Shown here: in pieces, positions 38,097 to 51,560 of the stretch | Layout of the letters: every line of letters begins with the position of its first letter | Numbering within the stretch: the stretch's first letter is position 1 | Made by a program: the position numbers and the translations under genes | Origin: Octopus sinensis | Lineage: Eukaryota | Length of the DNA stretch: 64,000 nucleotides | Assembly (NCBI RefSeq): GCF_006345805.1 | Contig: NC_042997.1 | Location: 27,838,001-27,902,000, forward strand | Reading direction: 5' to 3' | The notes under the pieces: model-generated | Told to the model about the DNA's origin: nothing | The model's database searches: none | The model's input: only the letters and a program-made list of their open reading frames with translations

Positions 38097-39081
38097 GTTA
38101 TTATTATTATTATTATTATTATTAATTGTTAATCTGTCACTTTATGAGTTAAGTTTCCAAATAGTGAATCATGTATTTCTCACTATGGGAAAAATCAATC
38201 AAGAACTTTCGTGTAGGTATGTTCTTCCAGATGTCAGAGTCAGAATTACTTATCACTTCTTACGGCTTCAGTAAAAAGAGAATCTCACAAACACACTTTT
38301 CATGTAAAAATGATGTACACTAACAAAACCATAAATAAGAATTATCTAGATCTTTCCGTCTTAAACATTATCAAACTTCTATACAACGTAAAAGCGAAAC
38401 CTACAAGTTTCTCAGACCATAGCATAATCATATTAACAACGTCCCGTTCCAAAGTACCGGAAGACCGATATCTACACAAAAGAATTCCAAGTCTGCTTAA
38501 CACGTATTTCGACTAGACGACAAAAAATCAATTAAGAGTTCTGTAAACTGAATTAGTGCCAAAGTTTCTCTAAAATTTACATGTCAATAATGTAAGGTAA
38601 TATGCATTGACTCTATAACGTCTGCATTATCAATACGCAGAAAATAAATGTATTGGACTTTTTTCTGCTTATTTAGGAGTAAAGATTATGCTTGATGTAT
38701 ATAAATTCAATTTTGTCTCTCCCACTCACATATACAGTAAAACATATAAAATATTCTAAATGTCAAAATTCTGCAACAACAATTTCCATATATTGAAGAA
38801 TAAACCGGTAGATTCTAAATAAACTAGTATTGTTATAGTGTGGTAGCAGTTAGAAAACGACTTAGGAACGTAAAATAAATGCTGCGCATATGGTAAAAGG
38901 CTAGGAAATGGAAACACTATAAAAAAAAGCCAAGAAACTTATACATATACACATGAACATTTATAAACATTTATGTAAATAAAAGTTTACATATATTCTT
39001 TATGTCTACTTACATTTACATATATATTGTTTTTCTGTTCATGCGTGAGTATGTGCCTGCGTGCTGTGTGTTTATATTTAA

Positions 39082-39464
39082 TGGAAGCACTCCGTCGGTT
39101 ACGACGATGAGGGTTCCGGTTGATCCGAGTCAACGGAACAGCCTGCTCGTGAAATTAACGTGTAAGTGGCTGAGCACTCCACAGACACGTGCACCCTTAA
39201 CGTAGTTCTCGGGGATATTCAGCGTGACACCGAGAGTGACAAGGCCGGCCCCTTGAAATACAGGTACAACAGAAACAGGAAGTAAGAGTGAGAGAAAGTT
39301 GTGGTGAAAGAGTACAGCAGGGATCACCACCACCCCCTGCCGGAGCCTCGTGGAGCTTAAGGTGTTTTCGCTCAATAAACACCCACAACGCCCGGTATGG
39401 GAATCGAAACCGCGATCCTATGACCGCGAGTCCGCTGCCCTAACCACTGGGCCATTGCGCCTCC
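39082..39464 (-). mobile_element. tRNA-derived SINE, family A (long-tail)
   Basis: 13-bp TSD tgtgtgtttatat at 39065-77 and 39468-80. Confidence 0.95.
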
Positions 39465-39920
39465 ACTTGTGTGTTTATATATCTGTATTGTGACCCCTTG
39501 TGAATACGTATTCCCTTCTCATATTTTTTTCAAATCTTGAGACCTTTCTCTTATTTTCTTAACACTCTGAGTGATTCCCTCCCATCAACTCCTATTTTCA
39601 TCATTCAATCTTTCTTCCTTATCTCCCAAATTACTTGAGCATTTTATATTTCTCTGGCAAAAATCATTTGTACGGTAAATTATATATTTTCTTTCGTCAA
39701 ATATAACATACAATCCGCTGATTAAACTCTAGGTATTATAATTAATTACATCCAACATGAAGTCTTTTCTCATTAGAGTCAAAATAATTACTGGTCGTCG
39801 TTACAGCGTGACACGCGTCCTGGAGAGAATGCTAATGTTCAATTAATATTAAGTTCACTGAACATCGTTCGTGCGTTTGTACTGGTTTTTGCTTTAAAAA
39901 AATTGCAACAATTGTTCTAC

Positions 39921-40058
39921 TTAGAGTTAGGGTTAGAGTTTTAGGGTTATGGTTTTAGAGTTAGAGTTATGGTTTCAGGGTTAGGGTTTTAGAATTAGGA
40001 TTAGGGTTGGGGTTAGGGTTAGGTGGTTAGGGTTGGAGTTTTAGGGTTAGGGTTAGGG
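39921..40058 (+). repeat. Degenerate interstitial (TTAGGG)n
   Basis: ttagggttaggg plus ttagag/ttatgg variants. Confidence 0.85.
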
Positions 40059-42089
40059 AAAAGTGAAAAATGAAGAAATTGGAGAGGGGAGGGGGGGACA
40101 AAAAAAATTCAACATTCCGATTTTTGGCAATTTTCCGGAATCTCCGTATGCGGAAAGCTGGTTCTTTGGCAAAAAATTAAAACAAAAACAATAATTTGCG
40201 AGAAAATGAAGGTGGGGAGGAAGTCTTCCGAAAATAGTAGCTGAAAAACAGGAAAAGATCTAAAAGCAGTAGAAATGCACGAACGATTATGGTGGTGTCA
40301 TGAAGTAATCGTGCTTCTGATACAGTAGTTTATTAATACGAACGTAACTGAGATGAAATATGTCATAGATAACAGTGACAAACGAAATATACACCGCCGG
40401 AAGTTGTAGACAAAAACAGCGGTAATTTTATTCAGCTGAATAGACGTCATTGATTGGTTGAAATTACCGAAACACGACAACTTTAACACGAAATAACTTC
40501 GAAAGTAGAAAATTTTCTCAACAACGCTAAGAGTAAAAGATGTTCTATATGACACATTCTACCAGTATCCGAAGTTTCAAAGTGTTTGGTTAAAGACAAT
40601 TAATTAATCGAGTTACCCACCAAAAGGAAAAGATCCAAAAAATATACCTTGCGTTATTTGTATCATCTGTTCACGCTTTGAGTACCAAAATGGTCGAGGT
40701 AAACTTTGCTTTTCATCGCTGGTGGTCGATAAAGTACCAGCGTAGAAGAAAAGTTGTTAGTGTCAACAAATCCTTTTCTCCATAACTACTGAGCTTCTGA
40801 GGAAAATAGTAATAGGAGTGCATACAGTACACTCTGTCATATGTTGACGAAAAATTTGCGCAATCATCATTTAGATTATCACACCCATACATGTATTTGT
40901 AGATGAAAAGAGATAAACTGAATATCGTACAACAGATTTAAACAAATATGCATTATAATGTGTCTACATCTAGTATGTATGAATTTAAGTATCCATGTAT
41001 GTGTGCATTATTGTCTCTAATATAGGCAGAAGGTATGTTGAGAGAGAAGGTCAATCAAAGCCATCGACTCAAGCCAAATTCATGACTGGTAGCAAATCTT
41101 TTGATCCGTGAGGTATGAAATGTGACGTTCATCTCTGTCCGGTTTGAACTCAGAATGTGAGGAGCTAGAAAAATGTATTACAATGTAGTATATCTATATA
41201 TTAGCCGCTCATCTTTCACTAAGGAGGATTTCTTATTAGTCCTTACATATTTAATTTCTGACAAGTTTTACTATTCAAAGCGGAAGAAAAACAAATTTTA
41301 TTCAGATTAATAGAAATAAGAATATTCTGAACAGGTTGGGGTGTATTTTTCTTGCCAAAATATAAAAAGAAAGATACTTTGTGTCCGGCATTGTTGTTTT
41401 CTTTCTCTACGGAGAATATGTAAACAATGGCCGTGAACACAAAAATAGATACGCCCTCAAAGCATACAAAATAGGAAAAAACTCCAGAATCAACCATTTA
41501 CAATGAAATGAATAGAATAGATATTTCTCTGTCACAATAACACACTATTAAAATATTGACATAAAGAAATGTAACAATAAAATTAACTTCATTATCGATT
41601 ACAACAACATGCAGAAACTTTATCAATGTCTTATTTTCCTAGTGTCGTTTGTAATAGAGAAGTTAGATATAAATGCATTTTAATAAAGGGGGCAAAGAAT
41701 GTGACCAAGAAGGATATTGTTTTCATTAACTTTTGAAATATCCAAGTTGATGCCGATGGCTTTCAACACTCGATTTGGACATTTAGAGAATATCCACGAT
41801 CATCCTTACTGTATAAAGTGGCTGTAGTCGATAAACTACTTCATGTTGTTGCTGTTAATCCCTGTTGGCTGGCGAAAACGACCTACTTCTTGAACCCAAC
41901 CGAAAAACATCTTTCTTGATAGAAATCTTGTGAATCTCTTCAGGTACATACATTTCGTAACAGCATCCTCTCTCTGTACATAACACATACCTTCCAACAA
42001 GTTTCCACCACACTCACACGACTTTTCTAAACATAAAAAAAGCATAAGGTGATGATAATGTTAATTTTCGTTCTTCCTTTTGCGCATAC

Positions 42090-42350
42090 ATGATAAAACC
42101 ACTCACGTCGCAAGTTCACGTCAAGTCACGCTGAAATATCAAGTATCTAACGAGTGGGCACGCGCAACGGAGAGACTGGGGTTAGTTACTTATTAAGGTT
42201 CTTGACATTGAGTGCCGACAAAAAGCGAACGAACATTTTAACCAACCAATTAATTTCATGGAAATGACCCGGAGGAAGTTATAAAATATCTCGCAGACAT
42301 CAGCACACCAGCGTTGGCTGCACGCTTACTTATATCAGAAATAACCCCAA
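42090..42350. promoter_or_regulatory. Possible promoter-like, CpG-containing unique segment
   Basis: Local excess of CpG (cacgtcg, cacgcgcaacgg, cccggaggaagt) against a CpG-poor background; no transcript evidence. Confidence 0.2.
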
Positions 42351-42396
42351 GCTATTAAAAGTCATTATGTAACTCGTGTCTTTTGTCATGCAGTAA

Positions 42397-42447
<51 letters not shown>

Positions 42448-44143
42448 TGTCTGTTACGACGTATCTTTGAGTGTTAATCAATAACACTAAGTAAATGAAA
42501 TCAGTTGTTTATTCTTTTAATTTCATTCCATAATTATTTTAGGATAAAATCGATGACATAATCGAAACATTGAACATAATATAAAAGTGTTATGATCTAT
42601 AAAGTTATGTTATCAAAATAGAAATAGGAAAATTTTAGATGGTGGAATTCTCATGGGTGACATTAAGCTGTCGCTTTACGATGGTTATTATGAGAGAATA
42701 TATATTAGCATCAGTTTTATAACCTTTTTGCTTTATTCGTCGTGTTGGAAAAAAGAAATGTATACTTCAGCATGAATTACAGCTCGATAAATATAGGTTG
42801 ATAGCTCATTGAATTTTAGTACGTGTATTATTCAAATATATTTGCAGTAAATAATGAATCACTTATGAACTATTGACAGTTCTGCTATTTGCTATATTCG
42901 CTGAAAAATATGTTCGAAGTGATCTTAATGATACGGACAGATGAAAAGCTCTCTCTTACAGGACTCTTAGAAAAATATGAGCATGGAAACTAATAACAAG
43001 TTTAATGGTATAAACCTGAGATTCGTTTTGATATTTTTAAAGTTCATAAAATTGGTATTAAATCTCAAAGAATAACATTATTTCTGTGTAGGAGGAATGG
43101 GAAATAATAATATTTAAGTAATGTTTATTGTTGGTTGGAAAGAATTTCACCTAAGATTTTATAATCCTCTGTGCGACGTTCACTACAATGAGAACTGAAT
43201 ATTAATTGTGTTTTTTTTTACGAGATAATCAGCTGTATAGATAATGCGTTTTACTATTATTTACATAGAATCTACTACAGGAATTCTGTATAGAAAATTG
43301 ACAATAAATTTATAATACGTGCCTCCTTAATAGATATATCCGAATGTACCAGACTTGTAAACTTATACGTTCGAAATTGCTTTTCCATTAAGAAATGAAT
43401 TTTTATAGATCCAACACATCACCAGGGATACAGCAAGAAATAAGAGCTAGACATTTGCCCAGTACTGCTATAAAGTAGTCCAAAATACCAACTTGTAGTT
43501 CCTTAATTGGTAGTCTAATAACGATACTTCCATTTGCCACTGAATCTGTGCAGTGAAAGTCGTTGTACCATTGAAATTGTCAACACACTTAGCACAAACG
43601 CTCCCTAACTACCTAGCTGGTAATATGTACCACATGTGTTAAAATTCTCTGATTATACTGTCTGTCATGTTCGATTCCAAATCTTCGAGCGTACAATCAG
43701 CTGTAGGTATGTCTTCAGGCGGATAATTGTATTTAAACTCTGAGTTCATATTTCACTAGTGCACCTCGGTTCATAAACTTTTCTCTGTATACCTGATATA
43801 CTTGATAAGGGATATTTTAATAGAGACGAATAAATACGGTTCATCAACCGGCTTTGTTAAACATCAAGAATAGTAACAATTTGAAAGTGACAGCTATTCA
43901 TGAAATGGAAGTCCAAATGCTCAGAAATGATAAATCATCCAAACGTCACGCACTCTGACAACACACAACATGGAAAACACACTTAAAGAAACGCCATGCT
44001 ACAAAACAACAAAAATATCACTATAACATATCTTCTGATATTTATGGTCCTGCACCAAATATCAACATTAAAACATTGCATCCATATATAAAATATAAGC
44101 ACATTACAGAAACAAAATACAAAAATGTAGATACATTATAATA

Positions 44144-44479
44144 TTGAAGCCAAATATCAGACTTATAAAAAGTGAAAACTTCATCCTGCATGAGATCGAT
44201 GTCATTATTATTCAAGAAACGATATTACAACCCAACACGGTAAATACATATGCTGTTCTGCGATATGGCACAACCCTGAATTCTAGTAACACCTACGAAA
44301 GTCGACCAACATCAAGTACAACGAAAAACACACATCCGCAACTTAAACACTGCATAAACAGAAAAGTTAATGCGTCTAAGAATTATATACAACGCATCTA
44401 TCAATTCCAACGCAATAAAATAAAAACAAGAAAGCAAAATGATGCAGAACTATATTTGAAAGCACAAACACGCACTTGA
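44144..44479 (+). pseudogene. LINE apurinic endonuclease relic
   Basis: HEIDVIIIQETILQP matches the APE D(V/I)...QET.L motif. Confidence 0.45.
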
Positions 44480-44737
44480 TGTCGTCAATACAAAGAAACT
44501 AGTTGTTTACTCATAAACAATCCATCATGGCATATGCATGTCTTCAATCCGCTTTTAATCTATGGTGTGTCTATGAAAGAAATAGCAACCAAATCATTCT
44601 AAAATTATCGTACCGTCTTAAGGAAGGCCATATATATTGCTGGACTGAGTATTGAAGACAGAGATAAAATAAGCATAGATTGATTATTTTGATCGTGAAG
44701 CTCAGCGTTCATTACCAGATTTGGTTTTAACAACAAA

Positions 44738-45581
44738 ACGTGGCTGTGTGGTAAGTAGCTTGCTAACCAACCACATGGTTCCGGGTTCAGTCCCACTGCG
44801 TGGCATCTTCGGCAAGTGTCTTCTGCTATAGCCCCGGGCCGACCAAATGCCTTGTGAGTGGATTTGGTAGACGGAAACTGAAAGAAGCCTGTCGTATATA
44901 TGTATATATATATGTATGTATATGTATGTATGTGTATGTGTTGTGTGTCCGTGTTTGTCCCCCTAGCATTGCTTGACAACCGATGCTGGTGTGTTTACAT
45001 CCCCGTCACTTAGCGGTTCGGCAAAAGAAACCGATAGAATAAGTACTGGGCTTACAAAGAATAAGTCCTGGGGTCGATTTGCTCGACTAAAGGCGGTGCT
45101 CCAGCATGACCGCAGTCAAATGACTGAAACATGTAAAAGAGTAAAAGAGTAAAGAGTATAGGCGCAGGAGTGGCTGTGTGGTAAGTAGCTTGCTAACCAA
45201 TCACATGGTTCCGGGTTCAGTCCCACTGCGTGGCATCTTGGGCAAGTGTCTTCTGCTATAACTCCAGGCCGACCAATGCCTTGTGAGTGGATTTGGTAGA
45301 CGGAAACTGAAAGAAGCCTGTCGTATATATGTATATATATATAAGTGTGTGTGTATATGTTTGTGTGTCTGTGTTTGTCCACCTAGCATTGCTTGACAAC
45401 CGATGCTGGTGTGTTTACGTCCCCGTCACTTAGCGGTTCGGCAAAAGAGACCGATAGAATAAGTACTGGGCTTACACAAAGAATAAGTCCTGGGGTCGAT
45501 TTGCTCGACTAAAGGCGGTGCTCCAGCATGACCGCAGTCAAATGACTGAAACGTGTAAAAGAGTAAAAGAGTAAAGAGTAT
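44738..45581 (+). mobile_element. Two tandem SINE family B copies (local duplication)
   Basis: Units ~44738-45160 and 45161-45581 share private variants (gctaacca, ggcatct, gcctgtcg, agcatgacc) and an identical gtaaaagagtaaaagagtaaagagtata tail. Confidence 0.9.
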
Positions 45582-45598
45582 ATACTAACAGTTAAACA

Positions 45599-46028
45599 CG
45601 CCTGGGGCTAAAAGCATCAGTAACACCCCCACCACCCCGCCCTGTCCCTAGCCACATTCAGATGGCTGATCACCCTTACGTTGTCGAGCATTTACTGTTT
45701 ATATCTCGTTCAGAGATTTATTATTGTTTTCAGACAGTTTTTCTACATCAGTGAAAAACCTTATATATGTAGCCTGTAGAGGGAATCCTTCATCGAAGAG
45801 CGGTACTTACCATACGTTTATAAGAGGCAATCACCTCGAAACCGGTCCGTATGTAGTATCCGTATCTTCGAGGGAGGATGACCTCCCTTTACAGGTAAAC
45901 AAGGACACTGATATGGTGTCAGTCCTTCTGGTGACGTTGATGATCGCCTGGGGCTAAAAGCATCAGTAACACCCCCACCACCCCGCCCTATCCCTAGCCA
46001 CATTCAGATGGCTGATCCCCCTTACGTT
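45599..46028. repeat. 84-bp direct repeat enclosing 262 bp
   Basis: 45599-45682 approximately equals 45945-46028. Confidence 0.9.
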
Positions 46029-46403
46029 ATAGACAGACTGGATCATAGAAATACAGCATTATTTGCTCAACGTAGTTTCTGCAACAGTCTGGTGTTTGTT
46101 TATCGTTTTTGCTTTCCAGTTGACATTTCGTGACGCTGGCATAGTTTCCATCGACTCTACATATATTTACACATGGGAAAAGTCGGTCCAGTTTCTATTA
46201 ATATTATGCTTCATTGCAAAGCTTAGGTGTTTCTCGTTGGAAAGATTTAATTATTATTGCGAAAATCAAAAAAAAGAAACAAAAACAGTAAAAAAACGAT
46301 ATCCAGTTTTTGTTGTGACTCTTGCACCAAGTATATAGTCTTGAATGTATATGTTCCGCACATTATTATTATTATTATTATTAGTATTAGTAGTAGTAGT
46401 ACT

Positions 46404-46455
<52 letters not shown>

Positions 46456-46664
46456 GGCGGCAAACTAGCACGCCGGGCGAAATGATTAGCAGTATTTCGT
46501 CTGTCGCTACGTTCTGATTTCAAATTTCGTCGAGGTCTACTTTGCCTTTCATTCGTTTCGGGGCGGGGTTGATAAATTAAGTTCCCCGTGAAACACTGGG
46601 GCCGATGTAATCGACTTATACTCTCCCCAACAATTCGTTGCCCTCGTGGCAAAATTTGGAAGCA
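46456..46664 (+). mobile_element. SINE family C-related copy between (CAT)n and (TTA)n; partial head copy at 46789-46875
   Basis: ggcggcaaactagcacgccgggcgaaatg...gtcgaggtctactttgcctttc. Confidence 0.8.
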
Positions 46665-46679
46665 TTATTATTATTATTG

Positions 46680-46727
<48 letters not shown>

Positions 46728-46991
46728 GTTAGTAGTAGTAGTAGTAGTAGTAGTAGTTGTTGTTGTTGTTGTTGTTGTTGTTGTATTAGGCGGTGAGCTA
46801 GCAGAATCTTTAGCACATCGGGTAAAATGCTTAGCAGCATTTCGTTCGTCTATGCGTTCAAATTCCGTCGAGATGGCCTGTGGTTTTAATGCTTCCAGAA
46901 TAAATATCAGTTGTGCACTAACACTTTCCCCAACACGTTCCACTACCACCCATCCACTACAAATTCAAGCCTTATGCCTATAACAGAAAGG

Positions 46992-47051
<60 letters not shown>

Positions 47052-47349
47052 CATTTACCAAAAGTTCCAGGCAAATCCTTACTGCATCACCTGCTACACA
47101 ACCTTGTTGCTGGGGTTTGTGCAGAAGTGTGTGTTCTATTTTGTTGTTGCGAGACTGCAAATTTTTCAAGGTATTGTATTGCGCTAGTTTCTTTTTAATG
47201 GTGTCTGGCACAGTTTTTTGTATTAGTATTTGTTTTGTTTGCTGTATGTGTAATGCGTTGGATAATCGGCCTGCTGGTGGTTGCTTATTTTATTGAATAT
47301 TTGATATATAGAGTGTGTCGTGTGTTTGTGGATTGATTTGTGTGGTTTG

Positions 47350-47580
47350 TATTATTGATGTGATAGAGTATTGAGTCGGATGTGGGCTTTTCCTAGCAGA
47401 GTTATTTTTTTTTTGTTTAACGTGTAACGCTGATAATCCAGGTATACCTTCTACGTTTTTCACATATGTTTTTCTTTTGATCATTCTCAATGCTCCAATT
47501 ATTTTTAGTATTGTTTGCACCTTTATGTTACCCATCTTTAATACTTCAATTTCTCGGTCACTCTCTTTCTGTCACCCACG
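47350..47580 (-). pseudogene. R4/Dong-type RLE C-terminal relic
   Basis: REIEVLKMGNIKVQTILKIIGALRMIK parallels DLEIEITRMWNLKTETIPIIVGALGMIK in the 37108 ORF. Confidence 0.7.
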
Positions 47581-47699
47581 CAGAAGTGGATTACTCCTAG
47601 AAAGACGACTAAAAGTTATGACTCCTCACATGAAAATTCAGAACAATATTGATCACATGATAGCTTCCATGTTTTAAGTGAAGACTTCCAGCAACGCCC

Positions 47700-50050
47700 A
47701 AAACGTAGTCAGAAATCTAATACTTGACCAAGAAAATCCATCACCCTCTAGAATAAGACGGTCATAAATTTATCTAAAGTAAAACTTTCACGAGACTATA
47801 TCTCTGTTTTAGAGCTTGGACTGCGTTTCTGTCCAAGCACTGAGAATTTCGACAAGAATAAACTAGCTCAAGGGCTATTTAAGTTTCTCTGCCTTCACAA
47901 GGTGAAGGAATATTTTGTTGAAAATATGGTAACGAGGAATCAGAAAAACCCTATGCTTACTGAAAATAAAAATGATGATGATCGAATCTAGCATAAATCT
48001 ATTGGAAATAATCTCAATTGATAACCGGATAAAGTTCGGGGTGTACGTTTGCAAGCACTACAGGAATTTCTCGAATCTTGTCGGACAGGCATCAGCAAAA
48101 GCCTTAAAACAAGTGGAAAGAACTCCTGGAATAACCTCACACATTCCCAGCGTTACGTAATCCGGCGTCTAGCTAATAATGATTCTATTGTTATTAAAAG
48201 GCAGATAAAGGAGGCGCCATTGTAATTATGATCAAAAGTGAGTATATTCTGACTTGTGAAGAAGTTTTAAGTGACAAAAGTCCATATCAAGAATTACCTG
48301 TCGATTCAAATCCTAATTATAGAGAGGAACCTGACAAAATAATCCTGGAAATGAAGGAAAACACTTTCTTTAATAAAGCTGAATCTAGGATTTTACGGTC
48401 AGAAAGAATCTTATTGTCTCCACAAAATACACAGAAAGTTCGAAAGATTTCCTCTAATGCTGTCCAACTTTCAGTGGATATGAATGTTGTACAGCCAGAA
48501 TTTCAGAGTGGTTGGATGGCTTTCTACTTTCTATCACCAAAATATCAAGTTTGTATATTCGGAATACTTTTGATTTGTGCCTTAAATCAACATTTTTGAG
48601 CAACGAAGCAATGTCCCAAACTGTTTTTTTGGTAACTGTGTATTCTTCCTATTTATATCCCAATACTGACCACAACAAAGGGGTATAAGCATGCATGAAT
48701 GTCTTCGCGAAACGGTCAAACAAAAGTATTCCACCTAATTCTCTCTGAAGGCTATTGAGGTTTGTGTTACAATGTAATACAATGAAGTTTGGACAAAAAT
48801 TTTATCACTAGACGAAGGGTTGCGGCATGGGTACCCTCACGGCAGTTAGTTTCGCTGTCTTCATGACGAAATTTGAGACACAGTTATTGAAGACACTCAA
48901 ATCCTTACATAGTCATGAACGAATACTCTTGTTATGGTTCACTGATGCTGTCTTTTTTGTTTGGGAGGGTTCATAAGATAGTTTAATTGACCTCTTGCAT
49001 TTCTGTGACTGTCCAACCTAAAATTTATGTCTACTTTTTCAATAACTAGCGTTGAAGTGTTTGACACAAAAGTTAAGTCACGAAGTGGGAGCGCTAAACA
49101 GCGATAAGTGACATTGCAATGTAATTATCAGTCCGAATATAAAGTTAAGTTTTCTGGAAGCAAAATAGCCGCAGGGTTATTTTGCAAGCCCACGTCATCC
49201 TGCATTTAACTCCACCATCCACATCATGTAATTCGGTCAAATTCGAAATCCCAATTTTTGAGGATTAAACGGATTTGTACTGATATAGGGGATTACTGGA
49301 AACATGCAAATACTTTTGTACACCATTACGTCAAACGCGGTTATAGCGAATCACGATTAAAAGGAAATTGCAAATGGCATAGCTAAGATTAGCAAGGAAA
49401 GCCAAACTTTCGCGCATTATTTAGCAAACAAAATACAATATGTGACAAAATTCCTTTAGTGATTAATTGGCTCCGAAATTTCGATGATATCCCAAAATTA
49501 TTACTTGAAAGTTACCAGCTTATTACTGAGAAGCATGCTCGTTTCAAAAAAAAATTTCCTCAGCCGCCTATTATGGACTTCAGACGGAATAAAAATATGA
49601 GAACTATTAACCTCTACTTCTGACTCCAAAAGAACTAACAATGGAGTCTCTGTAAGCTTGAAAAATAGCTGCAAGAAAGGTAATCTCTGTTCATTGAGAA
49701 ACAGCATGAATCAAATCAATTCCATCCGGAATTATAACAAATGCTATGATTTTACACGGAAGGTGAGACGTACAGAGATTCCCAGTTGGTGAACACAGCA
49801 AACACAACTTGATTTATGTTGGTTGAACGACTAAACAAAAGATTCAATGGGCACACATATAACGTCACGCACAATAACACTAGTTCGACAGAACTTGCAG
49901 AGCATTTTACACCAAACGGCTGCAATTTTGAAAAAGACTTGAACGTGCATATTCTCAGAAATTATTCTGAACCTGCTACACTTTCACATCTCAAAATACA
50001 CGCAGAGAAAATATGTTTGTGAGTTATTAACATCACGCCCTGAAAGGATG
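47700..50050 (+). mobile_element. Decayed Penelope-like element (RT + GIY-YIG endonuclease)
   Basis: VINLSKVKLS...LELGLRFCPST (47761), ADKGGAIVIM (48201), KGCGMGT...FMTKFE (~48820), WFTDAVFFVWE (~48935), LFCKPT, SQFLRIKRICT, YVG*TT...RFNGH...LAEHF (~49815); many stops and frameshifts. Confidence 0.85.
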
Positions 50051-50322
50051 AACAAGATAACAGTGGAATTTCACCGTAATTAAACAAAACCGTTTGATTA
50101 AGTAGATTCTTCCTTTTCCTTTACTTTTATCTAGTTGTAAACTTGAAAATTCAACGTGGGGACGCTGGTTTCTCTCGTTCAAATTTTGATTCTGAATTTC
50201 TTTAATTTGGAATTTCTACATATCGTATTTCATTTTGAACTCTGCAAAACTAATATATGATAATACTTCCAATTAGATAAAATCAGAATCCACGAGAGCC
50301 ACTGTCTGGTACTGTATAATGG

Positions 50323-50393
<71 letters not shown>

Positions 50394-50419
50394 TTATTAT
50401 TATTATTAATAATATAAAT

Positions 50420-50950
50420 CAGAGATCAGTGCCTGCCATCAGTGACACCGGGGAAAATATATGAGGTCCAGTATAACCATCATGACTACTGTTCTAATAA
50501 GAGTACACCAGACACATTTATCAGGAGCATATGTGCGCGACATAGTGATCTCATATCAAGATAAATAGTACATGACTTTGCAGGTATGGCCCAGTTAGAA
50601 TTTTCTTCATGTCTAGAAGCCCATCCTGCTCAAAAGGTTATTGAAGGAAACACCTGTGTTCCCAAAGTGAATTCCCAAAACGCCAAACAATTCATTTCAA
50701 CATATAGCTATGATGCCCCCCCCACCACATTACGTCTATCTCGTGATCAGAGATGCACATATCGTCAGCCACTAAGGAGCATGGTCGACTGGTAAAAGTC
50801 AAACAACTGACAAGCAAATCTGTGGTATTGAACAGAATATTTGCTGTAGCCAATCTTTTATGCCAAGACAAAGTAATGTACTTGATAACACTTCCAATCA
50901 GTTAAAATCAGAAGCCATGAGAAACACAGCCTTGTACTGCAACAGGGAAT
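50420..50950. mobile_element. Family D, diverged copy (plus a terminal fragment at 50255-50327)
   Basis: Homologous to 36363-36915; (TTA)n on both sides. Confidence 0.85.
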
Positions 50951-50969
50951 TTCATGATTGTTATTATTG

Positions 50970-51019
<50 letters not shown>

Positions 51020-51029
51020 GTTATTAGTT

Positions 51030-51490
51030 TATTTGTTGGTTAGGTGGGGCGTGTAAGTGCTGATAATGGCCAGAAATGAGATTTTCCTACCATCATTTAT
51101 CTTATTATCCCTGAATGAATTTTTAGCTGGATTTTTTAAATCTATTTATCATTTTTTTTTGTTCGTGTCTTTACTCCTCAATTCTGCTTTCAACTATCTG
51201 TTACCACTGTCCTTGTCTTATACTTGATAGATTACTTGAAGGCAAAGAACAATGTTTTTATCTTTTGTTGGAGTTTTGCATCTGTTTGTATTACTTTTCT
51301 AGTATTTTTCCTGGTATATATACACTATATATTTTGTAATGATATTCCTGTTATAAAAGCCCTCGACGTCCTTTTATTTATGAGAAATATAAACTCCCTG
51401 TGTTAGATTTTATATGTATTCTCTAAATCCAATTATTGTACTTCTTGTCTTCTTCTCTCATATTGTTAATTCTCTTAACGTCCAATTGAT
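51030..51490 (-). pseudogene. R4/Dong-type post-RT relic between (TAA)n tracts
   Basis: NWTLRELTI*EKKTRSTI...KDVEGF resembles W...EL..IDRKTRK.MT...GGRGL. Confidence 0.5.
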
Positions 51491-51516
51491 TGATGATGAC
51501 GATGGTGATGATGATG

Positions 51517-51560
<44 letters not shown>

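Noticed and set aside
39921-40058. True telomere or chromosome end
   Set aside because: Short, degenerate and internal
41836-42045. 69-aa minus-strand ORF as a first coding exon
   Set aside because: No recognisable domain and no in-frame donor
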